Source of the DNA: an uncultured Phycisphaerales bacterium
GTDB taxonomy: Bacteria; Planctomycetota; Phycisphaerae; Tepidisphaerales; Tepidisphaeraceae
DNA length: 64,000 nt
Direction of reading: 5' to 3'
Assembly: GCA_963844715.1 (NCBI GenBank)
Contig: CAWJPJ010000006.1
Location: 288,001 to 352,000 of the forward strand
Each line of letters begins with the position of its first letter. Within the stretch, counting starts at the first letter, position 1. The notes beneath the pieces are model-generated. The model was given only the letters and a program-made list of their open reading frames with translations, searched no databases and had not been told where the DNA came from. This document shows positions 32,893-44,194 of the stretch, in pieces. Made by a program: the position numbers and the translations under genes.

Positions 32893-33010
32893 TTGCCAGT
32901 TGTTAGTCGCCAGTTGCCAGTAACAAAACAAATTAGCCCATCCGCGCTATCCGTGATATCCGCGGTTGAAACGCCTTACTGTTAACTCGCAACTCGCGAC
33001 TGGCAACTAT

Positions 33011-33778
33011 TTACGGCTTGAGAATGACCAGTGTGTTGGCGATGAAATCATGGAGGGCTTGTTTCTTTTCGGTCCAGCCGGCCATCATGAAGCCTATGCA
33101 GAGCGTGAGCATCGAGAGAATCTTGGCAAAAAATCTGCCGGTGGCGGTGCCGAAGCCGATGCGCTGGCCGTTGCCGTCCGTGACGCGGATTCCCAGGGCG
33201 AGTTTTCCGAGGGTGGCCTGAAGACTCGAACTCTCCATGAGCGAAAAATAGAGCCAGAGGATAATCCAGGTGAGGAGAGTGCCGATGAGCCCGGTGCCTG
33301 TGTAGGCGGCCAATGCGTTGGGAGATTGCGCGAAGCTAAAACTGGCGGCACCGGTGGCGAATTGAATCGGAAGGAGCACCACGTCGAGGGCGATGGCGTC
33401 AATGAGATAAGCCGCGACGCGGCGCCAGAAGCCGGCGTAGAGGTTCGCGCCATATTGCATGGGTGATTGGTACGGGAGCATGCCGGGGATATAGGGCATG
33501 GGCTGGGGCAAGGGCATAGGGGTGGAAAGGTTGCCGGGGTATTGCGGAGCGGGCGCGGCGGGATAGTTCTGGGGCGTTGGAAATTGCGGCGACGGGCCGG
33601 AGAAGAATTGTTCGAGGATGGCCAGGTCCCCTGCCGGCATCCATTGGTTCATGCCGGGGCGCCAGACGCGATCGGCACGCGTGAGAGTGCCCTTCTGGAT
33701 CAATTCCTGCAGGGCCTCGGGGGTGACTGGGCCGAATTGCTCGTTTCCCAACGCGTAATGCCAATCCGCATCAGCCAT
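33011..33778 (-). CDS. GYF_2 (DUF4339) + RDD family protein
   Basis: WHY..EQFGP..VWRPGM..W; YAGFWRRVAAYLID; ATLGK; KQALHDFIANT. Confidence 0.92.
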   Translation of the reverse strand: MADADWHYALGNEQFGPVTPEALQELIQKGTLTRADRVWRPGMNQWMPAGDLAILEQFFSGPSPQFPTPQNYPAAPAPQYPGNLSTPMPLPQPMPYIPGMLPYQSPMQYGANLYAGFWRRVAAYLIDAIALDVVLLPIQFATGAASFSFAQSPNALAAYTGTGLIGTLLTWIILWLYFSLMESSSLQATLGKLALGIRVTDGNGQRIGFGTATGRFFAKILSMLTLCIGFMMAGWTEKKQALHDFIANTLVILKP

Positions 33779-33802
33779 GGTTGCTCCGGTGAGAATAATT
33801 GT

Positions 33803-34268
33803 AACCACGGATTTCGCGGATTACACGGATGAGGAGGAAGTTGCGACTTGCGAGTTGGCGGGGGGAGATTCAACCGCCAAGGGCCCGCCACGGCGGGTAA
33901 ACTGGCCGAGGACGCCAAGGAAAGGCAATGCAATTCGTTGTTTGCCACGGATGAAAATCAGATGGACACGGATGGGGAGAAATCCGGGAGCCAGTTGTTA
34001 TTTGCGAGTTGGCGGTGGGAGATTAAACCGCCAAGAACGCCGAGACGCCAAGGAAAGGCAATGCAATTCGGTTTTTGCCACGGATGAAAATCAGATGGAC
34101 ACGGATGGGAGAGCAGTTGCCAGGAAAAGAGATTTAACCGCCGAGACGCCCGCCGCGGCGGGTAAACTCCGGAGGCCGAGATAAATTCCGCGAAGTGTTT
34201 TTGGGGTTAAATTCAAGAATTGATTTTCGGCGGTTTGGTCTTGGCGTGCTTGGCGGCTTGGCGGTTCA
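33803..34268. repeat. Mosaic REP cluster containing a direct duplication
   Basis: 33848-33980 and 34002-34112 share TTGCGAGTTGGCGG..AACCGCCAAG..AAAGGCAATGCAATTCG..GCCACGGATGAAAATCAGATGGACACGGATGGG. Confidence 0.85.
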
Positions 34269-34282
34269 ATCTCTTCGCGGTC

Positions 34283-35410
34283 TCAGGTGGATAGGGCGAT
34301 GGCGGCGAGGGCGCCGCCGAAGCCTGTGGCTGTGGCTATGCTGGTTTGGATGGGGCGGGTTTGTGGTTCGCGATTTATTGTGAGGCGGGTTTGGAGGGGT
34401 TGGGTTGTGTTGACGTTGCCGGGGATGACGCCAGTGCGGTGAGCCAGGCAATTGAGGACGACGGAGACGAGACCGGCGGCGCCGAGGCTATGACCCAGGG
34501 CGGCTTTATGGGAATAGAGGATTGGAGTTGCTGCGGTGAGATCCTTTGGGTGTTCGGCCAGAACCCCCACCCCGTCCTGCGGAAACCGGCGGAGGACAGG
34601 GAGAGGGGGAAAAAGGACGGATTCGAGGGCGGCGAGTTCGACGGGGTCGTGTTGGATTGTTCCAGTTGCGTGGGCGTGGACTAGGTCTACCGGCCGATGG
34701 TCGATGACGCGGGTGAGGATTTTGCGGAGGGCTTGGCCGGTGGGGTCGCCGGCGGTGAGGTGGGAGGCGTCGCCGGCCATGGCGAAGCGCTCGAGGCGGG
34801 CGAGGGGGCGGCCGTCGGGCTGGAGGCAGATGGCGGCGGCGGACTCGCTCATGAGGAAGCCGCGGCGGGTTACGTCGAATGGGCGGCAGCCGTGGCCTAC
34901 CGGGGGGAGGACGCCAAGGCGGGCGAAGCTTCCGATGAATAGAGGATGGACGGAGGCCTCGGCGGCGACGACGAGGGCACGATCGAACTCCCCCGCCGCT
35001 ATTCCCATGGCGGCGCGGATGAGGGCGTGTAGGCCGGTGGCGCAGGCGGCGGAGAGAGTGATCGAGGGGCCGGCGCGGAGGCCGATTTCCTGGGCGACGG
35101 AGGCGGCGATTTGTGCGACGCCGGAGGGGTGGAGGCGGCCGCCGAGCCAATCTTCGATGGGGCCTTTGCTGGTGGCGACGATTAGGGCGGTGCGGTCATC
35201 GCTTAAGATGTCGCGGGACCAGCCTGCGGAGCTGACGGCTTGATCGGCGGCGGCGCGGGCGATTTGGGCGCAGCGGTTGGGGCCGGTGATGTTGGGGATT
35301 TTGCTGTGGTCGGAGATGGCTTTGCCGGCCAGGAGGCTTTGCCAGGTTTGGTCGGGGGAATCGCCCAGGGGGGTGAGGAGACCCAGGCCGGTGATGAGGC
35401 AATGGCTCAT
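34283..35410 (-). CDS. Stand-alone FabF-like beta-ketoacyl synthase
   Basis: Cys-His-His triad: SAACATG, HAHATGT, HKAALGHSLGAAG; CRPFD..RRGF; GFGG. Confidence 0.88.
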   Translation of the reverse strand: MSHCLITGLGLLTPLGDSPDQTWQSLLAGKAISDHSKIPNITGPNRCAQIARAAADQAVSSAGWSRDILSDDRTALIVATSKGPIEDWLGGRLHPSGVAQIAASVAQEIGLRAGPSITLSAACATGLHALIRAAMGIAAGEFDRALVVAAEASVHPLFIGSFARLGVLPPVGHGCRPFDVTRRGFLMSESAAAICLQPDGRPLARLERFAMAGDASHLTAGDPTGQALRKILTRVIDHRPVDLVHAHATGTIQHDPVELAALESVLFPPLPVLRRFPQDGVGVLAEHPKDLTAATPILYSHKAALGHSLGAAGLVSVVLNCLAHRTGVIPGNVNTTQPLQTRLTINREPQTRPIQTSIATATGFGGALAAIALST

Positions 35411-35517
35411 TGGGCGAGCATATTAACCTGACGTTTGAACGGCGCGCTGCGCACGCCCGCTAAATAGTTGGAAACGGGGGCGAGAGGCGCTTGGAATCGA
35501 ACTGATAGAATGGTCGC

Positions 35518-36219
35518 ATGTTTACGGCGTGCGCGGACCTTTACGACTTGATTTACTCCTCTAAGGATTACGCGGGGGAGGCCGCCAAGATTCGGGCGAT
35601 CATTTCGCGGCATGCCCCAAGGGCGAAAAGCGTTCTCGACGTCGGGTGCGGGACAGGAGAGCATGCGAAATATCTGGCACCCCCCTTCCGCGTCGATGGA
35701 TTGGATGCGAATGCGCGATTTATTGAGTTGGCCAGGGAGAAAGTTCCGGCGGGGGATTTTCGGGTTGGCGATATGCGCGATTTCCATATGGGCCGGCGCT
35801 ACGATGTCGTGCAATGTTTGTTCAGTTCGATCGGGTATCTGCTGTCGGGCGAGGAAATCGTCTCGGCTTTGAATTGCTTCAAAGATCATCTGGCGCCGGG
35901 CGGGATTGTTCTGGTGGAGCCTTGGATTTCGCCGGAGAAGTTCGTTCCGGGTCGGATTGGGTTGGAGACGGTGGACAAGCCGGATCTGAAGATTTGCCGG
36001 ATGGGACTGTCGTCGCGCGATGGAGATTTGTCGACGCTTCATTTTCACTATCTGATCGGGGATACGAACGGGATTCGGCACATGGAGGAAACGCACAAGT
36101 TTTTGCTGGTCTCGACGGAGCAGATGCGAGGGTACTTCCGAACGGCGGGGATGGATTGTGAATTTGACTGTGAGGGCCTGGACGGGCGCGGGCTGTTCAT
36201 CGGGCGGGTTGCGGATTAG
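35518..36219 (+). CDS. Class I SAM-dependent methyltransferase
   Basis: YDLIY..KDY; VLDVGCGTG; GDMRDF; CLFSSIGY; HLAPGG. Confidence 0.92.
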   Translation: MFTACADLYDLIYSSKDYAGEAAKIRAIISRHAPRAKSVLDVGCGTGEHAKYLAPPFRVDGLDANARFIELAREKVPAGDFRVGDMRDFHMGRRYDVVQCLFSSIGYLLSGEEIVSALNCFKDHLAPGGIVLVEPWISPEKFVPGRIGLETVDKPDLKICRMGLSSRDGDLSTLHFHYLIGDTNGIRHMEETHKFLLVSTEQMRGYFRTAGMDCEFDCEGLDGRGLFIGRVAD

Positions 36220-36473
36220 GAGCTGGCCAGGCCGAGGGGGTTCCACTGGCGTTCGAGGTCGACGATTTCGTAGGTGCGCTGGACTTGTTTGTGGAGCTTG
36301 AAATAGGCGTAGACGGTGTTGCGGGCGATGGGGTGGTCGATGACGTCGTCGATGCTGAGGCCGGTGAAGGCGAGGATTCGGCGCAGGGGCTGGTGGACGA
36401 CGATGTATTCGGTTTTTGCGCCCGATTCGGGGGGCGGGAGGACGCGTTCGATACTCAGGGCGCGATCGGGCAT
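36216..36473 (-). CDS. Small hypothetical protein
   Basis: 85 codons with typical codon bias; ending VDLERQWN. Confidence 0.6.
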   Translation of the reverse strand: MPDRALSIERVLPPPESGAKTEYIVVHQPLRRILAFTGLSIDDVIDHPIARNTVYAYFKLHKQVQRTYEIVDLERQWNPLGLASS

Positions 36474-36579
36474 GGTCAGTCATTATAGGTTGGAAACGAT
36501 CAATGTCGCCACGGCGACCCGCTGCGGCGGAATGAATGATGAACTGGAGATAGGGATAATCGGCGGCACTTGGGGGGCT

Positions 36580-37601
36580 CTAGCTTTCGGGGGAATCGGG
36601 CAAACGAGGCTGTGCGGGGGGCTGATGCCCAGTGAGGGAAGCGAGAATCCGCTCGACGTGAACATGGCAGTTTTCCAGGAAGACCGCGAATCGGCTTTGG
36701 GTTCCGGCGGTGGCGGTGCCGGCGACAAAAATACCGGGGATGTTGGTCTCCATGGTGTTGGGATCGTAGCGCGGGGACTGTGAATCGCCGGTGAGTTCGA
36801 CGCCGGCGAGCTTGCAAAGGGTCAGGTCGGCTTCGTAGCCGACGAGGGCGAGCACAAAGTCGACGGGCTGTTCGATTTTGGAGCCGTCGTCTCTTGCGAG
36901 AATGATTTTATCGGGGCGGATTTCGACCGGGCGGGTGTTGAAGTAGACGGGGATGCGGCCGGATTTCATGAAGCCCGAGATTTCGGGCCAAAGCCAATAT
37001 TTGATGCGCTGGGAATCGAATTCGGAGCGGCGGTGGCTCATGCTGACTTTGGCCCGGCCTGGTCGCAACGGAGGGCGGCTTCGACGGCGGAGTTCTTGCC
37101 GCCGACGATGTGGACGCGCTGCCCGAAATAGGTGTGAGGGTCGGCAAAGTAGTGGCTGACGTGGGCAAGATTTTCGCCGGGGATGCCTAGTTTGCGCAGG
37201 CGCGCGGTGCCGCCGATCGCGAGGACGATATTTGAGGCGCGATAATGGGTTTCGCCGGCGCGGGGATGGGTGGTCAATTCGAAGCCGGTGTCGAGGCGCT
37301 TGATTCCGGTGACCGGTTCATAGGCGTGAATCTTCAAATCGAATTGGGTGGCGACGAAGCGCAGATAGGCGAGATATTGTTCTCGCGTGGCTTTGCTTTG
37401 ATCAACGGTGACGAGGGGTACGCCGGCGATGGCGATGCGTTCGTTGGAGCTGAAAAAATGGGTTTCGGGGGCGAACCAGGAGATGGTGTAGCCGATTTGC
37501 TTGGCGTCGAAATGGAGATAATCGATGCCGGCTCTTTTTAGGGCGACGGCGAATTCGAGCCCGATCGGTCCTGCTCCGACGATGGCGACTTTTGCGTCCA
37601 T
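36580..37601 (-). CDS. YpdA-like FAD/NAD(P)H oxidoreductase (frameshift near 37060)
   Basis: [49 protein letters not shown]. Confidence 0.85.
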
Positions 37602-37616
37602 GGATGAAGATGATTA

Positions 37617-37726
37617 AACCGCCAAGCCGCGGAGAACGCCAAGATAAAGACGCCAAGGAACTATTTGTAGTCTGCCGGCATTAATTGGCGGTATTGCCTT
37701 GGCGTCCTTGGCGTCTTGGCGGTTAA
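37617..37726. repeat. REP-like inverted repeat, family D
   Basis: AACCGCCAAG..AACGCCAAG / CTTGGCGTCCTTGGCGTCTTGGCGGTT. Confidence 0.8.
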
Positions 37727-37727
37727 T

Positions 37728-39130
37728 TCACGACTTGAGTTTTTTGATGCGGGCCTGGACGTCTCGGTAGGCGAAGTCCCACTGGGCGACTTTGCTGTAG
37801 TGGGCGAGGGCTTCGTTGCGCATCTCCTTTTGTTCCAGCGCTCTTGCTCGCCAGTAATACATTTCCTTGGACTTTTCGTCGCCGGTGAGTTGATAGTCGC
37901 GGATGAGGCCGGCGAGGGTGTCGTCGGCCTCGTCTAGAAAGCCGGCTTCGAGAAAGGCGCGGGCGACCCACAAACCGGCGTCGGTGCGGTATTTGGGATC
38001 GTTGCGGGCATGCTGAAAGATGGGGATGGCGTCCTGGAAACGGCCGAGGTTGAACAGCCGCTTGCCCACATCGTACTTAAAGCGCATCTCGGTGGGATAA
38101 GCCTCGGAGGATAGCTCGTATTCCTTGAGTTCAAACTCATTCTGCTCGCGTTTGAAATCGGCGTAGTCTTTTTTCGCCTGCTCGTCGCCGGGGGCGGCTT
38201 CGATCGCCTTGCGGAACTGCATTTCCTGGCGGCGCAGTTGTTTGATGTTGATCTGGCCGATGCGCATGCGGTAGCGGAACTGCTTGGTTTTTTCGAAGAG
38301 TTTTTGCAGGATTTCGATGGCGCGGTTCTCGTAGTCCAACTGATCGGTTTTGTCGAGCGCATCGACGAGCTTCATCGCCTTGGCGGGGTCGTCGGGCTGA
38401 GAGTTAAACTCCTCCTCGGCGTTGGCGATGATCGACGCCATGCCCTCGGCGTCCACGTAGTCCTTTTCCATCGCAAGCAGGCGATCCTGTTTGTTTTTGT
38501 CCCGGACCGAATCACGGAAGCTGCCGCCTTTGTCGTAGCCGGCGCGATCGATCGTTTCCTTGGCGCCGAGGTTTTTGACTTGCGTCGAGAGCTCCATGTC
38601 CATCGGGCGCATGTTGAGGGCGTTCTGCGCGGCGTCGGCGGCGAGCTTCCATCGGTCCAGGTTCATGTACATGTCACGAAGACCGAGAAATTTATTGATG
38701 TCCGGCTTTTTATCGTCGAGATTGCGCGCTGAAAGATCGGGCCGATCCAGAGGACGGAGTCGTAGTAGCCCGCCTTGTAGGCGGCCTGCATGAATGAGTT
38801 CATGTAGTCGGTATTGCCCGGCTCGTAGGCCAGGAGTTTCTCGGCGTTGAGCATGTTGAGCTTGTCGTCTTTTCCGCCGCGCTTGAGTTTCATGGCTTCG
38901 AGCATGCCGAGGGATTTACCCCCGGTGGCTTTGCGCTTGAGGGAAATATCGCGGAGTTCCTGATGGCCCTCGGCGTCGTCCGGGTCGAGGTTCAGGCCCT
39001 GAAGAAACATCTCGATGGCGTACTCGAGCTGCCCGGTCGCGGCCAGCTTCTTGCCATGTCCAAAAAAGGCCTTGGCTTTGGCGCGATCCTCTTCGGGAAC
39101 CGGTGTATATCCTTCAGGGAAATCAGTCAC
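37728..39130 (-). CDS. TPR-repeat protein (frameshift near 38720)
   Basis: Helical TPR-like repeats; ending YRDVQARI. Confidence 0.8.
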
Positions 39131-39269
39131 GTGTCATATCCTTAGCGCGGACGAGCGGAGAGTCTTCCCCGCCCTGGCGCGATCGAGCGGCCCAACGCAT
39201 CGTTTCGCGGCAATCTAACGCCCATAGGTTGAACCTGTCAACCGAATGATTAGTCTTTATCTCATCGGT

Positions 39270-39881
39270 ATGTACGAAGAACTCAAGATCATTCTATACC
39301 CGGACCGGCGGCTGAAGCGCGTCAGCAAACCGGTCGAAAAATTCGATGAGAAACTGGGCACTTTGGCCCTGCGAATGTTCGAATTGATGCGCGCGTCCAA
39401 GGGGGTGGGGCTGGCCGCGCCGCAGGTGGCGCAGAATATCCGCCTCTTCATCGTCAATCATACGGGAAAACCCGAGGACGACAGGATCTACGTTAATCCC
39501 GAATTATTCGACGCGGAATTGGAGGATACAGCCGAGGAGGGATGCCTGAGCATTCCCGAACTGCACGCCCAGATTACGCGCGCCAAGAACGTGCGGATTC
39601 GGGCCCAGGACCTGTCGGGGAATTATTTCGAACAGACGGAGTCCGGGTATTTGCCGCGGATCTGGCAGCACGAATTGGATCATCTCAACGGCGTCTTGCT
39701 GACGGACCGGATGGGGCCATCGGCGCGGATGGAGCATCGAAAATTGCTGAAGGATTTGGAAGACAAGTACGCGGCGGAGCATGCAGCGAAGAAGAAAAGT
39801 AAAGCGCAAATGAGGTTCCGTGCCTGGAGGACGTGGCTTCAGATGGCCTCCTTGAAGGGGGCGTGGAAACTTTTTAACTGA
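39270..39881 (+). CDS. def: Peptide deformylase (true stop possibly near 39802)
   Basis: GVGLAAPQ, EGCLS, QHELDHL. Confidence 0.95.
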   Translation: MYEELKIILYPDRRLKRVSKPVEKFDEKLGTLALRMFELMRASKGVGLAAPQVAQNIRLFIVNHTGKPEDDRIYVNPELFDAELEDTAEEGCLSIPELHAQITRAKNVRIRAQDLSGNYFEQTESGYLPRIWQHELDHLNGVLLTDRMGPSARMEHRKLLKDLEDKYAAEHAAKKKSKAQMRFRAWRTWLQMASLKGAWKLFN

Positions 39882-40104
39882 TTGAATGTTTTGTGGTGGC
39901 GGCCCGTTTATCCCCTCCCCCTGGGTAATGCGGGGAAAGGGATGGGGTGACGGGTGGTTTTCGACGATCGGAAATCGCCCCTCACCCTTGCCCATCCTGC
40001 GGAAACTAACGGAGGCATGGGGAGAGGGGAAAACGTTCTGAAATGTCCGAGCGACATAGGGTCGCATGGTCATTGGCCGTGGTCTCATTCAGTAATATCT
40101 AAAC

Positions 40105-41061
40105 ATGCGAATCATATTCATCGGCAGCGGGGAATTCGGATTGCCGACGTTGGCGGCGTTAATGGGGGCGGGGCACGAAATCGTGACGGTTTACACGCAG
40201 CCGGATCGGCCGGCGGGACGCGGGAGGAAAGTCACGCCCACTGCCATCGCTGAATTTGCCCAGAATCAATCCCTGCAGTGCATCGCGACTGAGAATTTAA
40301 ATGCGGAAAAGTTGCCGGAATGCGATCTGATGGTGGTGATCGCGTTCGGGCAGAAGATCTCCCCCGCCGCCGCGGCTCATGCGAGAATGGGAAGTGTGAA
40401 TCTGCACGCGTCGCAATTGCCGAAATTGCGCGGGGCCGCGCCGGTGAATTGGGCCATTATTAACGGGGAAAGGGTCACGGGGAATTCGATTATTCGGTTG
40501 GCGCAAAAGATGGATGCGGGGGCTGTTTTGGGGCAGTCATCGGTGGAAATCGGACCGTTGGAAACGGCGGGCGAGCTGCATGATCTGCTTGCCGCGGACG
40601 GGGCGGGCTTAATGTTGCGAGTTATCGGCGATTTGCAGGCGGGGCGCGCTGTGGAAACGCCGCAGGATGAATCCGCCGCGACGAGCGCGCCGAAACTGAC
40701 GCGGAATCTGGCCCAGATCGACTGGTCGGACGACGCGGAGCGGATTTCGAGCAGAATCCGGGGGTTATTCCCATGGCCTGGATGCCGGGCGAAATTGGGG
40801 GACGCGGCGGGTGCCGAGGTTGCGCGGGTGACTTTGGTTCGCGCCCGCCCCACCGCCGGCGAAGGTCCGCGATGGAAACCTGGGGAAATTATGACGACCG
40901 GAGCGATTGCCGCGGGAGATGGCTCTGGTGGCGTGGAATTGCTCGAAATTCAGCCTGCGGGGAAGCGACCCATGCCGCTGGCTGATTATCAGCGCGGGAA
41001 TATGTGGATGCCGGGGATGCGGCTGCTGCCGATCGACGAAAAATCTGAAACGCACATCTAA
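40105..41061 (+). CDS. fmt: Methionyl-tRNA formyltransferase
   Basis: TQPDRPAGRG, NLHASQLPKLRGAAP, MDAG, APKL; downstream of def. Confidence 0.95.
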   Translation: MRIIFIGSGEFGLPTLAALMGAGHEIVTVYTQPDRPAGRGRKVTPTAIAEFAQNQSLQCIATENLNAEKLPECDLMVVIAFGQKISPAAAAHARMGSVNLHASQLPKLRGAAPVNWAIINGERVTGNSIIRLAQKMDAGAVLGQSSVEIGPLETAGELHDLLAADGAGLMLRVIGDLQAGRAVETPQDESAATSAPKLTRNLAQIDWSDDAERISSRIRGLFPWPGCRAKLGDAAGAEVARVTLVRARPTAGEGPRWKPGEIMTTGAIAAGDGSGGVELLEIQPAGKRPMPLADYQRGNMWMPGMRLLPIDEKSETHI

Positions 41062-41219
41062 TCCAGTCGTCTTTGCGCACCGATGCAATTGAAGTCAGGG
41101 AAGTGGAACGCCCCCCACCCTTGCCCTCCCCCAGAGTACCGGGAGAGGGGAACAGAGGTGGAAATGCCTTCGGGAGTGCGGAGAGCGTTGAGAGCACACT
41201 GAAAGCAGTTGGGAATTCG

Positions 41220-41417
41220 ATGACCTACTTCATGATATTCAGTTGCGTCCTGTGCGCTTGGGCAATTCTGGGGATTATTGCGGGTGAACGGATACGCGGT
41301 CTGGCGGAAGTGCGGAAATTGCACGTGCTGGCACATCAGCCTGTCCCTCCGGGCCCCGTTCACCCGCAAAATCACCCCGAAAACCAAGCTTCGGACTCCC
41401 CCACCACATTAAATTGA
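41220..41417 (+). CDS. Small single-TM protein
   Basis: Hydrophobic N-terminus followed by GER and a Pro-rich tail. Confidence 0.45.
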   Translation: MTYFMIFSCVLCAWAILGIIAGERIRGLAEVRKLHVLAHQPVPPGPVHPQNHPENQASDSPTTLN

Positions 41418-41488
41418 CTTCCGGCGACATCGGACGATACCTTATTGACGGCGGTTTTCAGTACCGTCGTCAATTCAGGCGTCTGTCC

Positions 41489-42495
41489 ATGGCGAGCCGG
41501 CAACCGATCAAATCTTTTTTGTGGATCTACGCGGTCGCGCTAGCGGCCGTTGTGATCGTATTCATCGTTGGGATCGCACTTTTGCAATCCAGAGCACAGA
41601 GTCCGGCGGCATTCGCCGGTGCGGCACTTCTGTGTGCCGCGATTCTGGGGTTGATTGTCACGCTCGCATCGTTGCCCTTGGCGCTGGGCGATCAAGCCGG
41701 CAGGCAGGCACGGCAGGAAAATGATGAAGAGCTGTCCAAGCTCCTTTCCGATCGGCTGCAATCGATTTCGGTTTTGATGACCCTGATCAGCGAGCAGCAA
41801 TTGATCAGCGAGCGGGGGAAAGCGGTCGCGTTTCGGGAAAAGGATTTGGACGCGGTTCGCCGTGCGATTCAGGAAGAGATGGGGCGAAGAACTGGGGCGC
41901 GGCGATGGCGCTGGCAAACGAGATTGAATCGGGCTTCGGATATAAGCAGGAAGCCGACGGGATACGCGAGGAAGTAACCGTGAACCGCGACGCGGTTCAG
42001 AGGCGGCAGATCGCGGAATTGCTGGCGCCGGTGGATCGGTTCATCCAGGCGGAGGCCTGGGGATCGGCGCTTCAGGAAGCCCAACAGATCATGCTGAATT
42101 ATCCCGACGATCCGCAGGTAAAACGTCTTCCGGAGGAGATTGAGAGTCGCCGCCAGATGCGCAAGCAGCAGCTTCGCCAGAGTTGGGAAGAAGCGGTTGA
42201 TCGGCACGACGTGGACGGGAGCATCGAGATACTGAAGCGGCTGGATTTGTATCTCACGCCCGCCGAGGCGGAATCGATGCAGGAAATCGCCCGCAACGTC
42301 TTCAAGGAAAAGCGCGAGACCCTGCGCACCCGGTTTGCGTTGGCTGTCCAGGAGCATAACTGGGCCCTGGCCATTCGTCTGGGGGACGAGATCATTCAGG
42401 ATTTTCCAAACACGCGCATTGCGCAGGAAGTTCGCGAGAAGATGGAGGCGCTGCGCAAGCGTCTGGAAGAACCGGAGACGGCCTCGTCCCTCTGA
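41489..42495 (+). CDS. Membrane-anchored helical protein (frameshift near 41890)
   Basis: Two TM segments; LDLYLTP..AE; FPNTRIAQEVR. Confidence 0.75.
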
Positions 42496-42504
42496 TCGCC
42501 GACA

Positions 42505-43417
42505 GTGATTTCCTTTTTTATTCCAATCCGCAACGCAGCAGAATCGGCGAGGAACTGCCTGAATTCGCTCTCGGCGTCTTGCCAGTCGATGCGCATTACG
42601 GATCGAGTGGAATATATCGTGCTCGATGACGCGTCGGAGCCGCAGTACGAGATTCCGAAACTGATGCGGGAATTTCGGGACGCGGTGGATTCAAAGACGG
42701 TTCTGCTGCGATTTTCTTCGCGGCGGAATTACACCAGCGCGTGCGCATATGGGTTTTCGACGGCGCGGGGGACGCATGTGATTCTGATCAGCCACGACAT
42801 GCTGGTGACGCCGAATTTTCTGGCGACGATTTTGTCTGTGGCGGCGGGTGATGAGAAACTCGGGACCATTCGGGGGCGGTCGCAGCATATGGATTGCTCG
42901 CCGAACGGACTGGCCCCCCCTGCCGCGATCGGGTCGTTTGAGGATGTGATCGCGTTTTCGCGGGAGGTATCGAATAAATACGGCTTGGCTGTTGTGGATA
43001 ATCCGGCTCTGGTGGGGGATTCGCTGCTCGTTCAGCGAGCCGTGCTGGACAGGATCGGTGTGATGGATCAGCGATTTGTGGGATTTCTGGGGGACTTTGA
43101 TTTTGGCATTCGGGCGCGGCGCGGGGTTCAGAACCGTTGAATCTCTGGGCGCATGGCTGCACCACGCCGGGTGCGGGACGATCAATGCGGATATCCTGGC
43201 GGGTCGTGAAACGCCGGAGCAGGTTCCGCAGGGGCTTTCCATGCTGGATGAGGCGTATGAGGTGCTGAAGGAGAAATGGGCGGCCGTTGCCCTGCCGGAG
43301 ACGTTTGGAGAGCTGCGGCCGGAGCATTTGCGGATGATGGAGGAATGTTCGGGGTCGGTAAATGGGGATTTTGTTTCGCCACCGGAGATCAATTCGTCCG
43401 GCGTCGAGATTCTTTAA
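42505..43417 (+). CDS. Glycosyltransferase family 2 (frameshift near 43125)
   Basis: ISFFIPIRN, IVLDDAS, IGVMDQRF..DFDFGIRAR, WLHH. Confidence 0.85.
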
Positions 43418-43440
43418 CGGGATTTTATATCGGAAAGCGC

Positions 43441-44194
43441 CTAGGCGCTGACGGTGTGCTGTTTCAGGTGATCCGGCAATTGCCAATTGACGGCTGGGTC
43501 GGGGTGATGCTCCAGGGGTTTAATGTTTCCTCGATAGGCAACGCCCATGATCTGCATGGTGTTGTAGACGAGGGTTTTCCAACCGCGCGATGCGAAATAG
43601 TCGAGGCCGCGCCCCACTGCCGGGCTGACCAGGTCGTGAAAGATGATCATGGCGTCGGATTCCGCCCACTGCTCGCAGGCGATGGCGTCCTGAATGGGGC
43701 CGGGTTCTTCGTGCTCGCCATCGATGAAGATGAGCGACCATTTGCGGGCGCGGCGTTGGCCGAGTTCGTGGACGGCGGCCGGGGTGTAACCGCCGATGAG
43801 GCGAACGCGCGGTAGGACTTCCGCGGTACGGAGGGATGCGACCACGGATTCGCGGGGCTGGTCCTGAAAGAGGATTGGGCCGATCACGTCAAGTTCGACG
43901 CCGGCCAAAGCGAGGTGGCAGGTTGACCAGCCCAGCCAGCAGCCGATTTCCAGCGCGGGTTTTCCGGTGAACATCAGGGCGATGTTGTGCAGGATGTGCG
44001 CCTCGTCCCGGCTGACAAAGCCTACATGGGGGGGAGCGCTTGTCCACGTACCACTTATGAGGAATGTCGACCCGGAGGTAGCCCCAGCCGCAGTTTAGCG
44101 GATCGCCGATGGTCATGAATGGGAATGCGGCGTCGGGATGAATGATTTTCAAGTTTGGAGAGACATAGTCCCAACGGGCGGAAGCGGCGGTCAT
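43441..44194 (-). CDS. Class I SAM methyltransferase (Methyltransf_24-like; frameshift near 44030)
   Basis: ALEIGCWLGWS, LIFIDGEH, IIFHD. Confidence 0.85.

Noticed and set aside
32025..34268. Repeat clusters as a CRISPR array
   Set aside because: Repeats are degenerate, belong to several families, are irregularly spaced and occur in both orientations; no cas genes are present.
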